Positions 19,501 to 27,884 of a stretch of 30,442 nt of DNA are shown piece by piece. Position numbers and translations under genes: made by a program. The notes below the pieces were generated by a model that saw only the letters and a program-made list of their open reading frames with translations, made no database searches and was not told the origin of the DNA. Origin of the DNA: a virus. Its lineage: Duplodnaviria > Caudoviricetes. The first letter of the stretch is position 1, and each line of letters begins with the position of its first letter. The DNA is taken from the IMG/VR virus record IMGVR_UViG_3300016265_001897, positions 1 through 30,442 of that record. One strand, given 5' to 3'.

Positions 19501-21681
19501 GAAGGTCAGGCCGAGCTTGGTGCTGTTATCAACCGTTACCTGGGAAGTGACCTAAATGACGTTGATGTTGTTAGATCATTCATCGGTGACGTTGCCAATA
19601 TTGCCGAGAGCAGGCAGTTCCAGAACACCGCGTTTGTCGATCAGCTGGGCGAGGTCTTCTCACTCAGCACGAAACCTGAGGAGGTTCTCACAGCAGCCTG
19701 GGCACGCCGTGAGGCAAACAGGATCTCACGTGAGACTGTCAGCAGGATACTTGACTTCGAGCCTGACACTCTTGGTGGATACCTTGATCTTGCGATCACT
19801 GCATTTGGTCCTGCTAATGGTCGTAAGATCATCAATGCTGTCACGGCTGCGTCGCTTGATGGAGCTGTCCTTAAGGGAGCGGATGATATCATCAACCTGC
19901 CGCTTGTGAGATCTGTTCTAGATGAGGAACCACTTATCGAGAATGCGATCAGGGCACGTGCTTCAGAGTGGATCCAGGCAGGTGAGGACACTGCGACAGC
20001 GATCCGTGCCTCATACGCAGGTGATGCAACTCTCATCGCTGTTGACGCTGCAAAACTTGCGAACGGTGCTCTTGATGTGAAGACGATGGGGGCAGGTCCG
20101 CTTGGTCGTCTCATCCAGGAAGCTGTTGAGGTTGACTTTGGAAAGGCGCCGAAGTTCGATGAGCTTATCAATGAGATGGGCATCCTGGCTGAACGTGCAA
20201 GGAAGGGAGAGGGCTCAGCTGTCTCGGTCCGTAATCGTATCAGCGATCTTTGGCAGGCTTACAACTCAGCCTTCTACAACCTCATCCTCTACCTGAATCC
20301 TCGTTTCCATGGAACAAACATCAGCACTGCACCACTTATCGCTGGTCTGACAGTCGGTGCGCTGCCAGTTTCTCCAGGTTCAGGTGCTTATGTGCTGATG
20401 AAGGGAGCGTCAACTGATCCTGCTGTAAGAGCAGCTGTTGTGGCGACCGATCGCTTTGGTGTGCCTGTCACAGCAGGTGAGCTCTATGACCGTGCGATCG
20501 TCAGTGGCGTGTTTAAGTCACAGGCTGCTGCGAACATCGATCCTCGTTTCCTGGATGATGCACGTCGCCTGGGACTCACCTCAGGGATGTTTGGCAAGGT
20601 GGCAGGTAGAGCTGAGGGGCTGACATCCATTCCATCTTCAGTTGCTCAGGTTGCTGATGACGTCTGGCGTCTCAGCTACACTGTCGATGCAATCAAGGGC
20701 GGCGCAACTGTCGATGAGGCGATTGATCTTGGTCGTCGCTCACTCTTTGACTACGGTTCAGCTACCGAGTTCGAACGTAAGTTTGTCTCCAAATACGTCC
20801 TGTTCTACAACTTCTTCAGGAACTCGATCGTTGAAGGAACACGGACGATCCTCACAAATCCAAGTCGTATCATCCGTCAGATGCGTCTCACCACCGATGG
20901 GACCAAGATGGCTGTCGGCGAGGAGAAGTGGAATGAGATGCGCTGGTATACTCCATATGACGCAGGCATCGGTCGTGTTGTTCTTGATCTAGAGAGCAAG
21001 GCAGGTCGTGAAGGTCATATCACTATGATGCCGAACATGCCATACTATGACTTCGTCTATCTGACAGCCGGTCTGATGACAACGCCTGTTGGTCTCATGC
21101 TGGGAGCTGCTGAACCTGTGAAGGGACGCCGTGAGTTCGGTGCGGGCTACGTCTTCAGCAAGCTTCGTCCTGAGTATCAGGCAATGATAGCAACTCTAGC
21201 AGGTGAGGATGCTCTCTATGATGTCAAGCTGAAAAAGAATAGGATCCCAGTGGAGCACATTGCTCTCATGGATGCAGCTCTTATGAAGGATGCTTGGGCC
21301 ACCAATTTCAATGCGAAGGTCCGTTCTGCTGAACCTGGTGAGGAAGCATATAACGGTGTCGTGTATGAGCTCTCGTCCGATGATTTCGAACGTTATAAAG
21401 CATACATGAAAGCATTTCAGATTCTTGGCGCCAGACGTTTCTTTGATGACTGGGGCAAGTTCGCAGCATCGATCGATCTCTTTGGTAGCGGTGGCAAGGC
21501 AACAGGTGAGCGTGCAACATTCACGCCTGCTGAGATGGCTGGTATCGTAACTCGTTCAAGCGCTGGTCTACCGCTGGAGACTGAGACGAGAGCTCTTGAG
21601 CAGTCTGCTGCAGAAACTGAGATCCGTCGTAAAGAACGTGAGATTCAGACTGGTGCTGCAAGGAAGGAGGAAAGGAGATGA
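16546..21681 (+). CDS. Large internal virion / ejection protein (1711 aa)
   Basis: Largest ORF. Helical and Ala-rich, with C-terminal NPRFHGTN...DDVWRL...SLFDYG...FE....VLFYNFFRN pattern reminiscent of large podovirus internal proteins. Confidence 0.6.
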   Translation: MPPVTKSREEELRRKYPNLFAPSAPAPEALPPAGAERRTAVRGMGASAESTEALTELQTEEDRLIQIELLNIEREGTPLSPQAARDEAKRRVQAARREPIYAGGFQPFRYELPLAGVAPPVNVPAASVPGIGTALLPQTRVPGQVAAAAETRRVEGLFDDKAFNESIKDLTPEDKREQLDAYEAFKAAYKKVRELNPPQTGVTDEDILKDLQRQLKALGEGEIRTFVDDPALRMGYTGDPLARSLQRQVTPSAPIPKLEPGQIAFVGELDRIKRGRRADLSAAQTEEQLRKRGVEITTKVKRPTGETGPGGRPVLEEVEVGTGKFRPATEDEIKKSVESARRYEAEAAPLPFYATEKRDEVLRNLEKGSKGGFVFQKEYETGATVESPVSWFVRSALSVPNALVGAASEAFTPEVIESRERAARPPLYRDAPAYVFNVAEARGLMGEIGDLYDYAPESWTLGGKPLKEYATFAKAAGFAGDLIGFDLGVIAAGATGARTAAAGAKAARAAGRPALAAAAKTGAKAAGREFLETIGLGTLAGKVDVGDVRLQFGTSLGDDMRAADEYQRVIDAGGDHAAALVEAQRVAPRAKFIDDAKRAGPSIIDDVRTGKHFGDAPEWRDYRKIVDAVDDARVGKNLPAAGKELRPYIAAAVRESPTVMDALRATAGTVTGISPRMKMSKVLETINSSLTDAERVQFYRTVADTAAAEKGFTIIDRATRGTDPGRFTIRLTPSTFTTSNGAARIIEEVRSTPEFNLIDSITSASPGRGTYTLSPPQQVALRDIVRQQAVSSTLPRGDASRMMAKISSGTVEASDLRQIVHSVTDAVAAKGGQAFKSRALAPAGERAVIREKVTRTVPVPATRATVYGADAGLISSTWRSIAAKASEWMGKVGDPARFLNSDQLRILTDGRTQMGNLGKLLERQLKGAAGATPYEKIVNLVGDSGSKDTWTRIAQSAIFGRKQFSGAQWFLGSFEYDDVTKFLTAEGQAELGAVINRYLGSDLNDVDVVRSFIGDVANIAESRQFQNTAFVDQLGEVFSLSTKPEEVLTAAWARREANRISRETVSRILDFEPDTLGGYLDLAITAFGPANGRKIINAVTAASLDGAVLKGADDIINLPLVRSVLDEEPLIENAIRARASEWIQAGEDTATAIRASYAGDATLIAVDAAKLANGALDVKTMGAGPLGRLIQEAVEVDFGKAPKFDELINEMGILAERARKGEGSAVSVRNRISDLWQAYNSAFYNLILYLNPRFHGTNISTAPLIAGLTVGALPVSPGSGAYVLMKGASTDPAVRAAVVATDRFGVPVTAGELYDRAIVSGVFKSQAAANIDPRFLDDARRLGLTSGMFGKVAGRAEGLTSIPSSVAQVADDVWRLSYTVDAIKGGATVDEAIDLGRRSLFDYGSATEFERKFVSKYVLFYNFFRNSIVEGTRTILTNPSRIIRQMRLTTDGTKMAVGEEKWNEMRWYTPYDAGIGRVVLDLESKAGREGHITMMPNMPYYDFVYLTAGLMTTPVGLMLGAAEPVKGRREFGAGYVFSKLRPEYQAMIATLAGEDALYDVKLKKNRIPVEHIALMDAALMKDAWATNFNAKVRSAEPGEEAYNGVVYELSSDDFERYKAYMKAFQILGARRFFDDWGKFAASIDLFGSGGKATGERATFTPAEMAGIVTRSSAGLPLETETRALEQSAAETEIRRKEREIQTGAARKEERR

Positions 21682-21953
21682 AGAAGGGAGGACCAAAGGC
21701 GACACCGAAGCTCAACTCCCCCAGGGCGCTGCGTCCTGGTGAAGGCGGCTACGGCAAAAAGAGGAAGGTTGTATTTGTCAAGAATCCGAAGACCGGTCGC
21801 ATCAAGCGGATCACATTCGGCGACAAGAAGCTTGGACTGGGAGTCAATAGCCCCCGCCGCCGGAAGTCATACTGCGCCAGGTCAAAGGGGCAGGGCAACC
21901 TGAAAAATAAGTTGAGCGCAAATTATTGGGCTCGACGTGATTGGAAATGCTAA
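21678..21953 (+). CDS. Small basic protein (TFGD...RRKSYCARS...SANYWARRDWKC)
   Basis: ATGA overlap with the upstream stop and strong SD (AAGGAG). Motif type familiar from aquatic phage small basic proteins. Confidence 0.8.
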   Translation: MKKGGPKATPKLNSPRALRPGEGGYGKKRKVVFVKNPKTGRIKRITFGDKKLGLGVNSPRRRKSYCARSKGQGNLKNKLSANYWARRDWKC

Positions 21954-21986
21954 GATACGAAATACATATAGTGAGGAGAGCACATC

Positions 21987-22340
21987 ATGGAACGTGACGA
22001 TTACGAGTATGAAGAGACGCCGGTAAAGAATCCAGGAAAGAGCAAGGGCCGCAAGGGCAATGTTCCTCCGAAGACCTACACCGTTCCTGACCTGATCAAT
22101 GAGGGAGACTACAGCGATGTGAAGGCTCCTGGCTCTGCAAAGCAGGGGAGTGGTAAGGGCAGCAAGGGATGGCGACCGAAGTATAAGACTGGCTCACCTG
22201 ACAACCAGGGAACCGGCCCGGGACCTGTCAAGTATCAGGCGCCCAAGAACACCGGTAAGGCTTCTATCGATGAGCTCCCAGGTCAGATGACCAAGCCAGT
22301 TCCAGTGCCCAAAAAGAAAGGCGCGCCCAAGGGGAAGTGA
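21987..22340 (+). CDS. Lys/Gly/Pro-rich disordered protein
   Basis: SD GAGGAG; preceded by the motif variant TATAGTGAG (21967-21975). Confidence 0.75.
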   Translation: MERDDYEYEETPVKNPGKSKGRKGNVPPKTYTVPDLINEGDYSDVKAPGSAKQGSGKGSKGWRPKYKTGSPDNQGTGPGPVKYQAPKNTGKASIDELPGQMTKPVPVPKKKGAPKGK

Positions 22341-22483
22341 TGGCACTCAAGAAGACAAAGAAGGGCTACTACGCTACCTCATCGAAGGGCCGTAAGCTGA
22401 GCAAGAAGCCGAAGACGAAGCGGGCTGCGATGAAGCAGCTTGCCGCTGTCGAGATCAGCAAGGCTCGTCGGAGGAAGAAGTGA
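22340..22483 (+). CDS. 47-aa highly basic protein (not in ORF track)
   Basis: TGATG overlap. MALKKTKKGYYATSSKGRKLSKKPKTKRAAMKQLAAVEISKARRRKK. Confidence 0.8.
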   Translation: MALKKTKKGYYATSSKGRKLSKKPKTKRAAMKQLAAVEISKARRRKK

Positions 22484-22623
22484 AGAAGAAGAAGCCCGGC
22501 TTATACGCCAACATCAACCGTCGTAAGCGGCTCGGCATCAGTCGTCCGAAATCCAAGTCAACCATCGATCCCAAGACCTACAAGAAGATGAGGACCTGGG
22601 GCAAGAAGAAAAAGAAGAAGTAA
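22480..22623 (+). CDS. 47-aa highly basic protein (not in ORF track)
   Basis: GTGA overlap with GGAGG upstream. MKKKKPGLYANINRRKRLGISRPKSKSTIDPKTYKKMRTWGKKKKKK. Confidence 0.8.
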   Translation: MKKKKPGLYANINRRKRLGISRPKSKSTIDPKTYKKMRTWGKKKKKK

Positions 22624-22665
22624 GATTATCAGATCTCCCTGAAGAAGAAGGAGAAAGGAGAAGAA

Positions 22666-23097
22666 ATGGCAAAGACAGGTAAGTTCATTCATAACTCAGC
22701 ACATGCGGGGCTGGCGCTTGGTGCGACCAACGCGTATGCTGCGGCAGCTCGACACAATGTAGAGCTCAATGCCGACCAGAGCAATGTTGTTGGTTCCACC
22801 ACGTCAAGTGGACGTGGTGTTGCACGGCTCAGTGGTCTCTACGTGTTCGTCAACACGCTTGCAGGTGGTGCCACTCAGCTCACTGTTCGTCTGACACGTG
22901 ATCTTGCTGGTGACATTCCAGTCGTCCCTGACACGACAGCGACAATCACAACCGGCATAACGACGGTGGCGTCTGGATCATGCGTCTACAAGATTGATGT
23001 GGACTACCTCCACACTGATGACAACCTTTACTGCTGGATCAAGACGAATGCAGGCACATGCACTGTCTACCGTCTTGAACTGACCTGGGAGGAGTAA
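22666..23097 (+). CDS. Putative virion structural protein (beta-rich, 143 aa)
   Basis: Strong SD (AAAGGAG); first gene of the fibre cluster. Confidence 0.65.
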   Translation: MAKTGKFIHNSAHAGLALGATNAYAAAARHNVELNADQSNVVGSTTSSGRGVARLSGLYVFVNTLAGGATQLTVRLTRDLAGDIPVVPDTTATITTGITTVASGSCVYKIDVDYLHTDDNLYCWIKTNAGTCTVYRLELTWEE

Positions 23098-23098
23098 C

Positions 23099-24031
23099 AT
23101 GGCTGGAAATGGTGTTGATGTATTCTCATCCAGTAATGCGTTTCCCGGTGGCGGGGGCGGTGGCAGTGGTTTCTCTGCAAGTTATGGCTTAGGACTCTTC
23201 GGTGATGGCAGCGATGGTGATGCCACGATTGTTGGCACGACCACGCTGACGAAAGAGACGCACTACAACAATCTTACCATCACGGCAACTGGGATCCTGA
23301 AGCCCAATGGGCATCGTATCTTCGTGAAGGGATTACTCATCATAGCGACAGGCGGATCCATCAACGATGACGGTCTCGATGCAGTTGGAACTGCTCAGGG
23401 CGCGGCATTGACTCAGAGGAACTGGCTCGATGCGACAAGCACGCAGGGCGGTGTGGGACGCGTCACAGCTGGTGTTGGAACTGCAGGTGGGGCGCAATCA
23501 AGCAACGTCAGCCCGAATGCTCTTGGTCTCGCTCCAGCAGGTGGAACAGGTGGAACAGGTGGAGTCAACGCAGGTGGTGCTGGTGGTTCCAGCAACTTCA
23601 TGACGCTGTCACGACGCTGGTCATCGTGCGCCGTGCAGTTCTCAGGTCGTGCTGGCAACGCATCAGATTCCTGGAAGGGAGGAACTGGTGGTGGAGCAGG
23701 TGGTGCTGATGCGACCGGTGGCACCATCATCAACTCCGGTGCAGGTGGAAGCGGTGGTGGGATCGTATGGATCTCAGCGTATAACGTCACCAATGCTGGT
23801 AGAATCTCTGCCAATGGTGGGAATGGTTCCTCAGCTGCAACGACTGGCACAGCTTCTGCTGGTGGTGGTGGCGGTGGTGGCGGTGGTCTTGTCTGCCTCA
23901 TCACTGAGACCAACACTGGAGTTGGAACCGTGCAAGCAGCTGGTGGTAACGGTGGTGCTGGTGCTGGACCAAGCGGAGCAGCTGGAGCACCAGGATCTGT
24001 CGGATCTGTTGTCACTCTCATTCTGACCTGA
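23099..24031 (+). CDS. Glycine-rich fibre/adhesin-like protein
   Basis: FGDGSDG motif and repeated GGxGG runs alternating with short beta strands (GGSGGGIVWI, ISANGGNG, GGGGGGGGGLVCLI). Consistent with a polyglycine-II-rich adhesin domain. Confidence 0.65.
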   Translation: MAGNGVDVFSSSNAFPGGGGGGSGFSASYGLGLFGDGSDGDATIVGTTTLTKETHYNNLTITATGILKPNGHRIFVKGLLIIATGGSINDDGLDAVGTAQGAALTQRNWLDATSTQGGVGRVTAGVGTAGGAQSSNVSPNALGLAPAGGTGGTGGVNAGGAGGSSNFMTLSRRWSSCAVQFSGRAGNASDSWKGGTGGGAGGADATGGTIINSGAGGSGGGIVWISAYNVTNAGRISANGGNGSSAATTGTASAGGGGGGGGGLVCLITETNTGVGTVQAAGGNGGAGAGPSGAAGAPGSVGSVVTLILT

Positions 24032-24041
24032 GGAAATCAAT

Positions 24042-24224
24042 ATGACACAAACATGGCTTATCTTTGAAGCTGATGCAGCGGCGTCATACATCAGCTGGCA
24101 CCTGTCAAGAAATCCTGACGCAGTGGGATACTTCCTTGGTTGTCCTCCGTTCCTAAGCGGGCTTGCCGAGGAGGAGGGCTGGACACTCAGACCACCTCAC
24201 ATTTGGATTGAGGATGTTGTCTGA
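24042..24224 (+). CDS. Hypothetical 60-aa protein (possible fibre accessory)
   Basis: GAGG SD; fills the gap exactly. Confidence 0.6.
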   Translation: MTQTWLIFEADAAASYISWHLSRNPDAVGYFLGCPPFLSGLAEEEGWTLRPPHIWIEDVV

Positions 24225-24225
24225 T

Positions 24226-24504
24226 ATGGAAGGGCTCGTAGCTCTAGTCACAGGTCCGTTCGGCGCCCTTGCACTTGCTGTCGGTATCCTGTGGTGGTTA
24301 GCTAACAAGATGCTGCCCGTCCTCCAGGCATACTTCGATGGTCACAATGAGAAGCTCGGCAAGCTTGTTGTTGCGCTTGAGAAGACTGTTGACACACACG
24401 AGAAGGACCGGGAAACATTCACGGAAACCATCGCCGGAATCACGAAGCGCATCGAAGCGGTCGAGGATAAGGTGGAAATCATCCACAAAAAGCTAACCTC
24501 TTAG
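24226..24504 (+). CDS. Putative holin (BhlA-like architecture)
   Basis: ATG 24226. One N-terminal TM segment (GPFGALALAVGILWWLA) followed by a charged coiled coil ending RIEAVEDKVE. Confidence 0.55.
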   Translation: MEGLVALVTGPFGALALAVGILWWLANKMLPVLQAYFDGHNEKLGKLVVALEKTVDTHEKDRETFTETIAGITKRIEAVEDKVEIIHKKLTS

Positions 24505-24526
24505 AACACACTGGAGTGCCCAAAAC

Positions 24527-24697
24527 ATGCAACCTGAAAAGATACTCGTCAAGCTTCCTTGGCCGCAGATTGCCCGACTCATTGCCACTCTGATCAAGTC
24601 AGCACGTGGTGGTATCAGCAGGGAGGAGGGAGAGGAGCTCATTGAGCTGCTTGCTGAACTCATCGCTGCACTTGCTACTGGACTCCAGGTGAAGTGA
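24527..24697 (+). CDS. 56-aa amphipathic helical protein (not in ORF track)
   Basis: GGAG SD. MQPEKILVKLPWPQIARLIATLIKSARGGISREEGEELIELLAELIAALATGLQVK; fills the gap. Confidence 0.7.
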   Translation: MQPEKILVKLPWPQIARLIATLIKSARGGISREEGEELIELLAELIAALATGLQVK

Positions 24698-24700
24698 TGA

Positions 24701-25255
24701 ATGACAAAGCAGTATGTCAAACCACGGACTGGTCAGTTCATCAAGGAGAGCACGGGATCGAGCTCAACGTCTACCTCAACGGCAGATCTGACATCCTTGG
24801 TGGCTCAACTGAGCGCAGCCCAATCGCAGGTAGCCTCGCTCCAGAGCCAGGTGACCACATTGCAAGCCCAGGTAGCAGCCGACGCGGTGGTGATCTCAGC
24901 TTTGCAATCCCAACTTTCAGCGGCACAAGCACAGGTCTCCTCTCTTACCGCTCAGGTGGCGGCGCTTCAGTCGCAGGTGACGACGCTTCAGGCTCAAGCG
25001 GCAGTTGATGCTGCTACGATAGCAAGCCTGGCGTCTCAGGTAGGGACACTTCAATCGCAGGTCTCCTCTCTCCAGGCGCAGGTCTCTGCCCTGAGCAATC
25101 CAATGTATGGACGATTCATCCTGACAAGGATGACAGCAACAGGTGGTGGAATCTACGTTCCTCCATCGTATTCTGATCCGACTGTCAACCTTCGTCCCCT
25201 GCTTGGAAAGGCAATCAACAGACAGATAACAAGAACGGGCGGAGGCTATCCGTGA
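24701..25255 (+). CDS. Coiled-coil fibre protein
   Basis: 15 uninterrupted heptads of the type VxxLQxQ (residues 30-134). Confidence 0.7.
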   Translation: MTKQYVKPRTGQFIKESTGSSSTSTSTADLTSLVAQLSAAQSQVASLQSQVTTLQAQVAADAVVISALQSQLSAAQAQVSSLTAQVAALQSQVTTLQAQAAVDAATIASLASQVGTLQSQVSSLQAQVSALSNPMYGRFILTRMTATGGGIYVPPSYSDPTVNLRPLLGKAINRQITRTGGGYP

Positions 25256-26238
25256 GTAAAATAGAACCATGCACCTGGACAATGTCAGCAGCTGGACTTG
25301 TCACACCGACAACCTCGCAGCTGTCAGCGGTCAACACCATCCAGACTCTCATCACCAACTCATCCAACTGGAGAGTTGTCAGCACAGGCACAACGGCAAG
25401 CGGCAAGAAATACGTTGAAGCTGCTCCGCTGATCGGCTCTCTCTACAAGGATATGCGTGTCCTATTCCTGGAGATGGCGATCAATAACAACGGTAAGACG
25501 TTCTACGACAACAGCACAACGCTTGTTAACAAGCTGTGCTACATGATCTGTCCTGATGGTGGTGCGTCATACTGCACCTTCACACCGTCCAGGCTTGAGG
25601 CAGCATCAGCACCTTACGCTCCAGTCTACGTTGGTTCAAAGTATGCGACAGATGTGTGGTCATCGATCGACAGTCCATACACTGCAATCTGGATGTATGA
25701 GTGTGATGGTGCGATGTGGCTTGTCAACAGAAACGCAGCCACGTCACATTCATTGCATGCTATCGGTCAGGTGTTCAATCATCCCAGGACTGATTGGCAG
25801 GATTGGAACGAGGCTGGGACAGAGCTTGGTCTGATGGGAGTATACAGCGTCAGAGGTCTAACAGCAACAAGTTTGGCTGGAGCTACTACTCTGTTCAACA
25901 GCTCAACATCGAACCGTGGTCTCGTGTTCTTCACCAGAACCTCTGCTGCTGCGGCAGCAACGATAAGGAACGTCAACAACGGACAGACACCGGACGCAGC
26001 GTGGATTGTGCAGAATGCATCTTACAATTCAACGCTTGGAACAGCTCTCTTCATGCCTGTTGCTGCAGTTGGTAGCAACAACATCGGTGCTGTGGTCATG
26101 CGTGGTTTCTATCTCATTGGAACCTTTCAGACGCGGACTACAATCAAGGATTCAACTGGAGCAACAACTCTAGGATACACCTTCTATCCTGATGATATCA
26201 ACGCAGGTTATGCAGCAGCTTGGATGGCAACACCATGA
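25252..26238 (+). CDS. Putative receptor-binding/structural protein (328 aa)
   Basis: GTGA overlap with GGAGG SD. Thr/Ser/Ala/aromatic beta-rich composition; lies in the fibre cluster. Confidence 0.55.
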   Translation: MSKIEPCTWTMSAAGLVTPTTSQLSAVNTIQTLITNSSNWRVVSTGTTASGKKYVEAAPLIGSLYKDMRVLFLEMAINNNGKTFYDNSTTLVNKLCYMICPDGGASYCTFTPSRLEAASAPYAPVYVGSKYATDVWSSIDSPYTAIWMYECDGAMWLVNRNAATSHSLHAIGQVFNHPRTDWQDWNEAGTELGLMGVYSVRGLTATSLAGATTLFNSSTSNRGLVFFTRTSAAAAATIRNVNNGQTPDAAWIVQNASYNSTLGTALFMPVAAVGSNNIGAVVMRGFYLIGTFQTRTTIKDSTGATTLGYTFYPDDINAGYAAAWMATP

Positions 26239-26444
26239 CAATTATCTTTTCGATTATAGATTTCGTTAGCGATCAGGTTGTGTGGAAGTTACGTCATAAT
26301 CCGTCCTGGGAGATTCCATTCGTAACGCTGGCTGGAACTCAACACATCTGGAACTGGGACTTTATCAGTGGCAACCTGCTTCAGGATGGTGTGCCGCTGA
26401 CGGGATACACAATCATGATCGAGAAAGAAGATGCCCCAGTTTAG
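26235..26444 (+). CDS. Hypothetical 69-aa protein
   Basis: ATGA overlap with the upstream stop; overlaps the endolysin start. Confidence 0.6.
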   Translation: MTIIFSIIDFVSDQVVWKLRHNPSWEIPFVTLAGTQHIWNWDFISGNLLQDGVPLTGYTIMIEKEDAPV

Positions 26445-26820
26445 TCAGCGCAGCACTGATCGTCTATCAACATGCCATCGACTGCTTCAGAGATTGATGC
26501 AGTCAGTGGTGGCTGATCTTGATATTACTATCATCTGCGGTTTCAGGGGAGAGGGGGAGCAGAATGATGCATATGCTATCGGTGCATCGAAACTGAGATG
26601 GCCTCAGTCAAAGCACAACGTCTCTCCCAGCATGGCAGTGGATGTTGCTCCCTATCCAATAGACTGGAACGATGATGAACGGTTCAAGAAGATGGGGCAG
26701 GTGGTGAAGGAGCACTGGGAACGGATACCAGTCGAGGAGAGGATGGGATACAGTCTCAGCTGGGGCGGAGACTGGAAGAGCTTTAAAGATTTACCGCACT
26801 TTGAACTGAGGATGAGATGA
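26431..26820 (+). CDS. Endolysin, peptidase M15 family (L-Ala-D-Glu peptidase-like)
   Basis: GFRGEGEQ, SKH....AVDV (Zn ligands H and D), WGGDW and DLPHFEL motifs. Confidence 0.92.
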   Translation: MPQFSQRSTDRLSTCHRLLQRLMQSVVADLDITIICGFRGEGEQNDAYAIGASKLRWPQSKHNVSPSMAVDVAPYPIDWNDDERFKKMGQVVKEHWERIPVEERMGYSLSWGGDWKSFKDLPHFELRMR

Positions 26821-27641
26821 ATCCACTATTGATGCTGCTCGGTTGTGGTCCTTCAGGTTGCTCAGCACCTGAGGAAGAGAAGAAGAAACCTGATCTTGGA
26901 TATGATCCTGAACTTGCAAAGAAAGCAAGGTTCCAAACTGAGTTCAACATTCTATTCCCAGAGATGAAGGAAAAGATCGATGCGTTGAAGAGCATCGAAG
27001 ACAGTCCTTTCACCAATGTCGATGATAGGGATATTGCTATTGCACTGTATAGTTCTCTCATTCAGGAGAACATACCAGGAAAAACAACTGGCAAACAGGT
27101 AAATGCTAAGAAAGGAAGCACTGCAGTTGGAGCCCTTCAACTTGAACCTTCGACAGTTGTGAATGCACCGAAGGCATTAGCATACAAACCACAAAGTCTA
27201 GCCACATTGAAGGCGCTGAAGGATCTCAGTCCAGGTAGCGTGAAGCTGCTGCAGAGGGCAGATGAACTATCGAGGATGAAGAAGGACAGTGATAGGTTGG
27301 CTGCAACCAAGAAGCTGGATGGTGAGGATTATTCTAAAGAACTTGGAGTGATGAACGATGCTGACCTCCAGTCACTGATCAAGGTGATTGATATGCTCGC
27401 CAAGAAAGACGACATCTCAGATATGTATGAATCAACTAAGAGTGGCACTTACGACAAACAGTTCTGGGATAAAGTCAAGATATTGCAGCACTCAGGTAAA
27501 ACGCTGTATGAGCATGGAGATAAACCTACTGATGAAACACGTCAGGCTAAGTTGCAGTATGGACAGGAAGAGATGACTGCTGGAAAGCAATACGTGCTCC
27601 AGTATCTGGCACCGAAGCCAGAAGATAAGAGCTCAAAATGA
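26817..27641 (+). CDS. Hypothetical protein with lysozyme/SLT-like motif and possible lipobox
   Basis: LIQEN...NAKKGSTAVGALQLEPST resembles the SLT E-S...GAxGLMQLxPxT motif. N-terminus MNPLLMLLGC. Confidence 0.45.
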   Translation: MNPLLMLLGCGPSGCSAPEEEKKKPDLGYDPELAKKARFQTEFNILFPEMKEKIDALKSIEDSPFTNVDDRDIAIALYSSLIQENIPGKTTGKQVNAKKGSTAVGALQLEPSTVVNAPKALAYKPQSLATLKALKDLSPGSVKLLQRADELSRMKKDSDRLAATKKLDGEDYSKELGVMNDADLQSLIKVIDMLAKKDDISDMYESTKSGTYDKQFWDKVKILQHSGKTLYEHGDKPTDETRQAKLQYGQEEMTAGKQYVLQYLAPKPEDKSSK

Positions 27642-27850
27642 GGATCGATATTGGGGACGCTGTCATCCTAACGAAGGATGCAGTGCTAACCTTAAGGGAC
27701 CAAGGCTACAGCCTGGAGGGAGAGCTTGCTGAGGTGGTTGACCGTCAGATAGTTCCTGATGGGATCGATCTCACTCTCAGGTTTGACACCACGAAGGTGC
27801 TGATCACAGAGATACCGATCCAGTTTGTTCAGCATGTAGGCGTCTGCTAA
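27638..27850 (+). CDS. Small SH3/KOW-like protein (70 aa)
   Basis: ATGA overlap. IDIGDAVIL...AEVVDR beta-barrel-like pattern. Confidence 0.55.
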   Translation: MRIDIGDAVILTKDAVLTLRDQGYSLEGELAEVVDRQIVPDGIDLTLRFDTTKVLITEIPIQFVQHVGVC

Positions 27851-27884
27851 AAGAGAACAGGGGCTGGGATTCGTTCCCAGCCCC
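27849..27884 (-). terminator. Intrinsic terminator (U-tail on minus strand)
   Basis: Perfect 10-bp stem GGGGCTGGGA/TCCCAGCCCC (27860-27884). The minus strand continues UGUUCUCUUUU. Confidence 0.7.

Noticed and set aside
23861-23887. GGT/GGC microsatellite as a phase-variation tract
   Set aside because: It is simply nine in-frame Gly codons of the polyglycine protein.
27860-27884. tmRNA 5' end resemblance (GGGGCTG...GGATTCG)
   Set aside because: It forms a self-contained perfect hairpin with a U-tail; no matching T-arm/CCA 3' end or tag frame.
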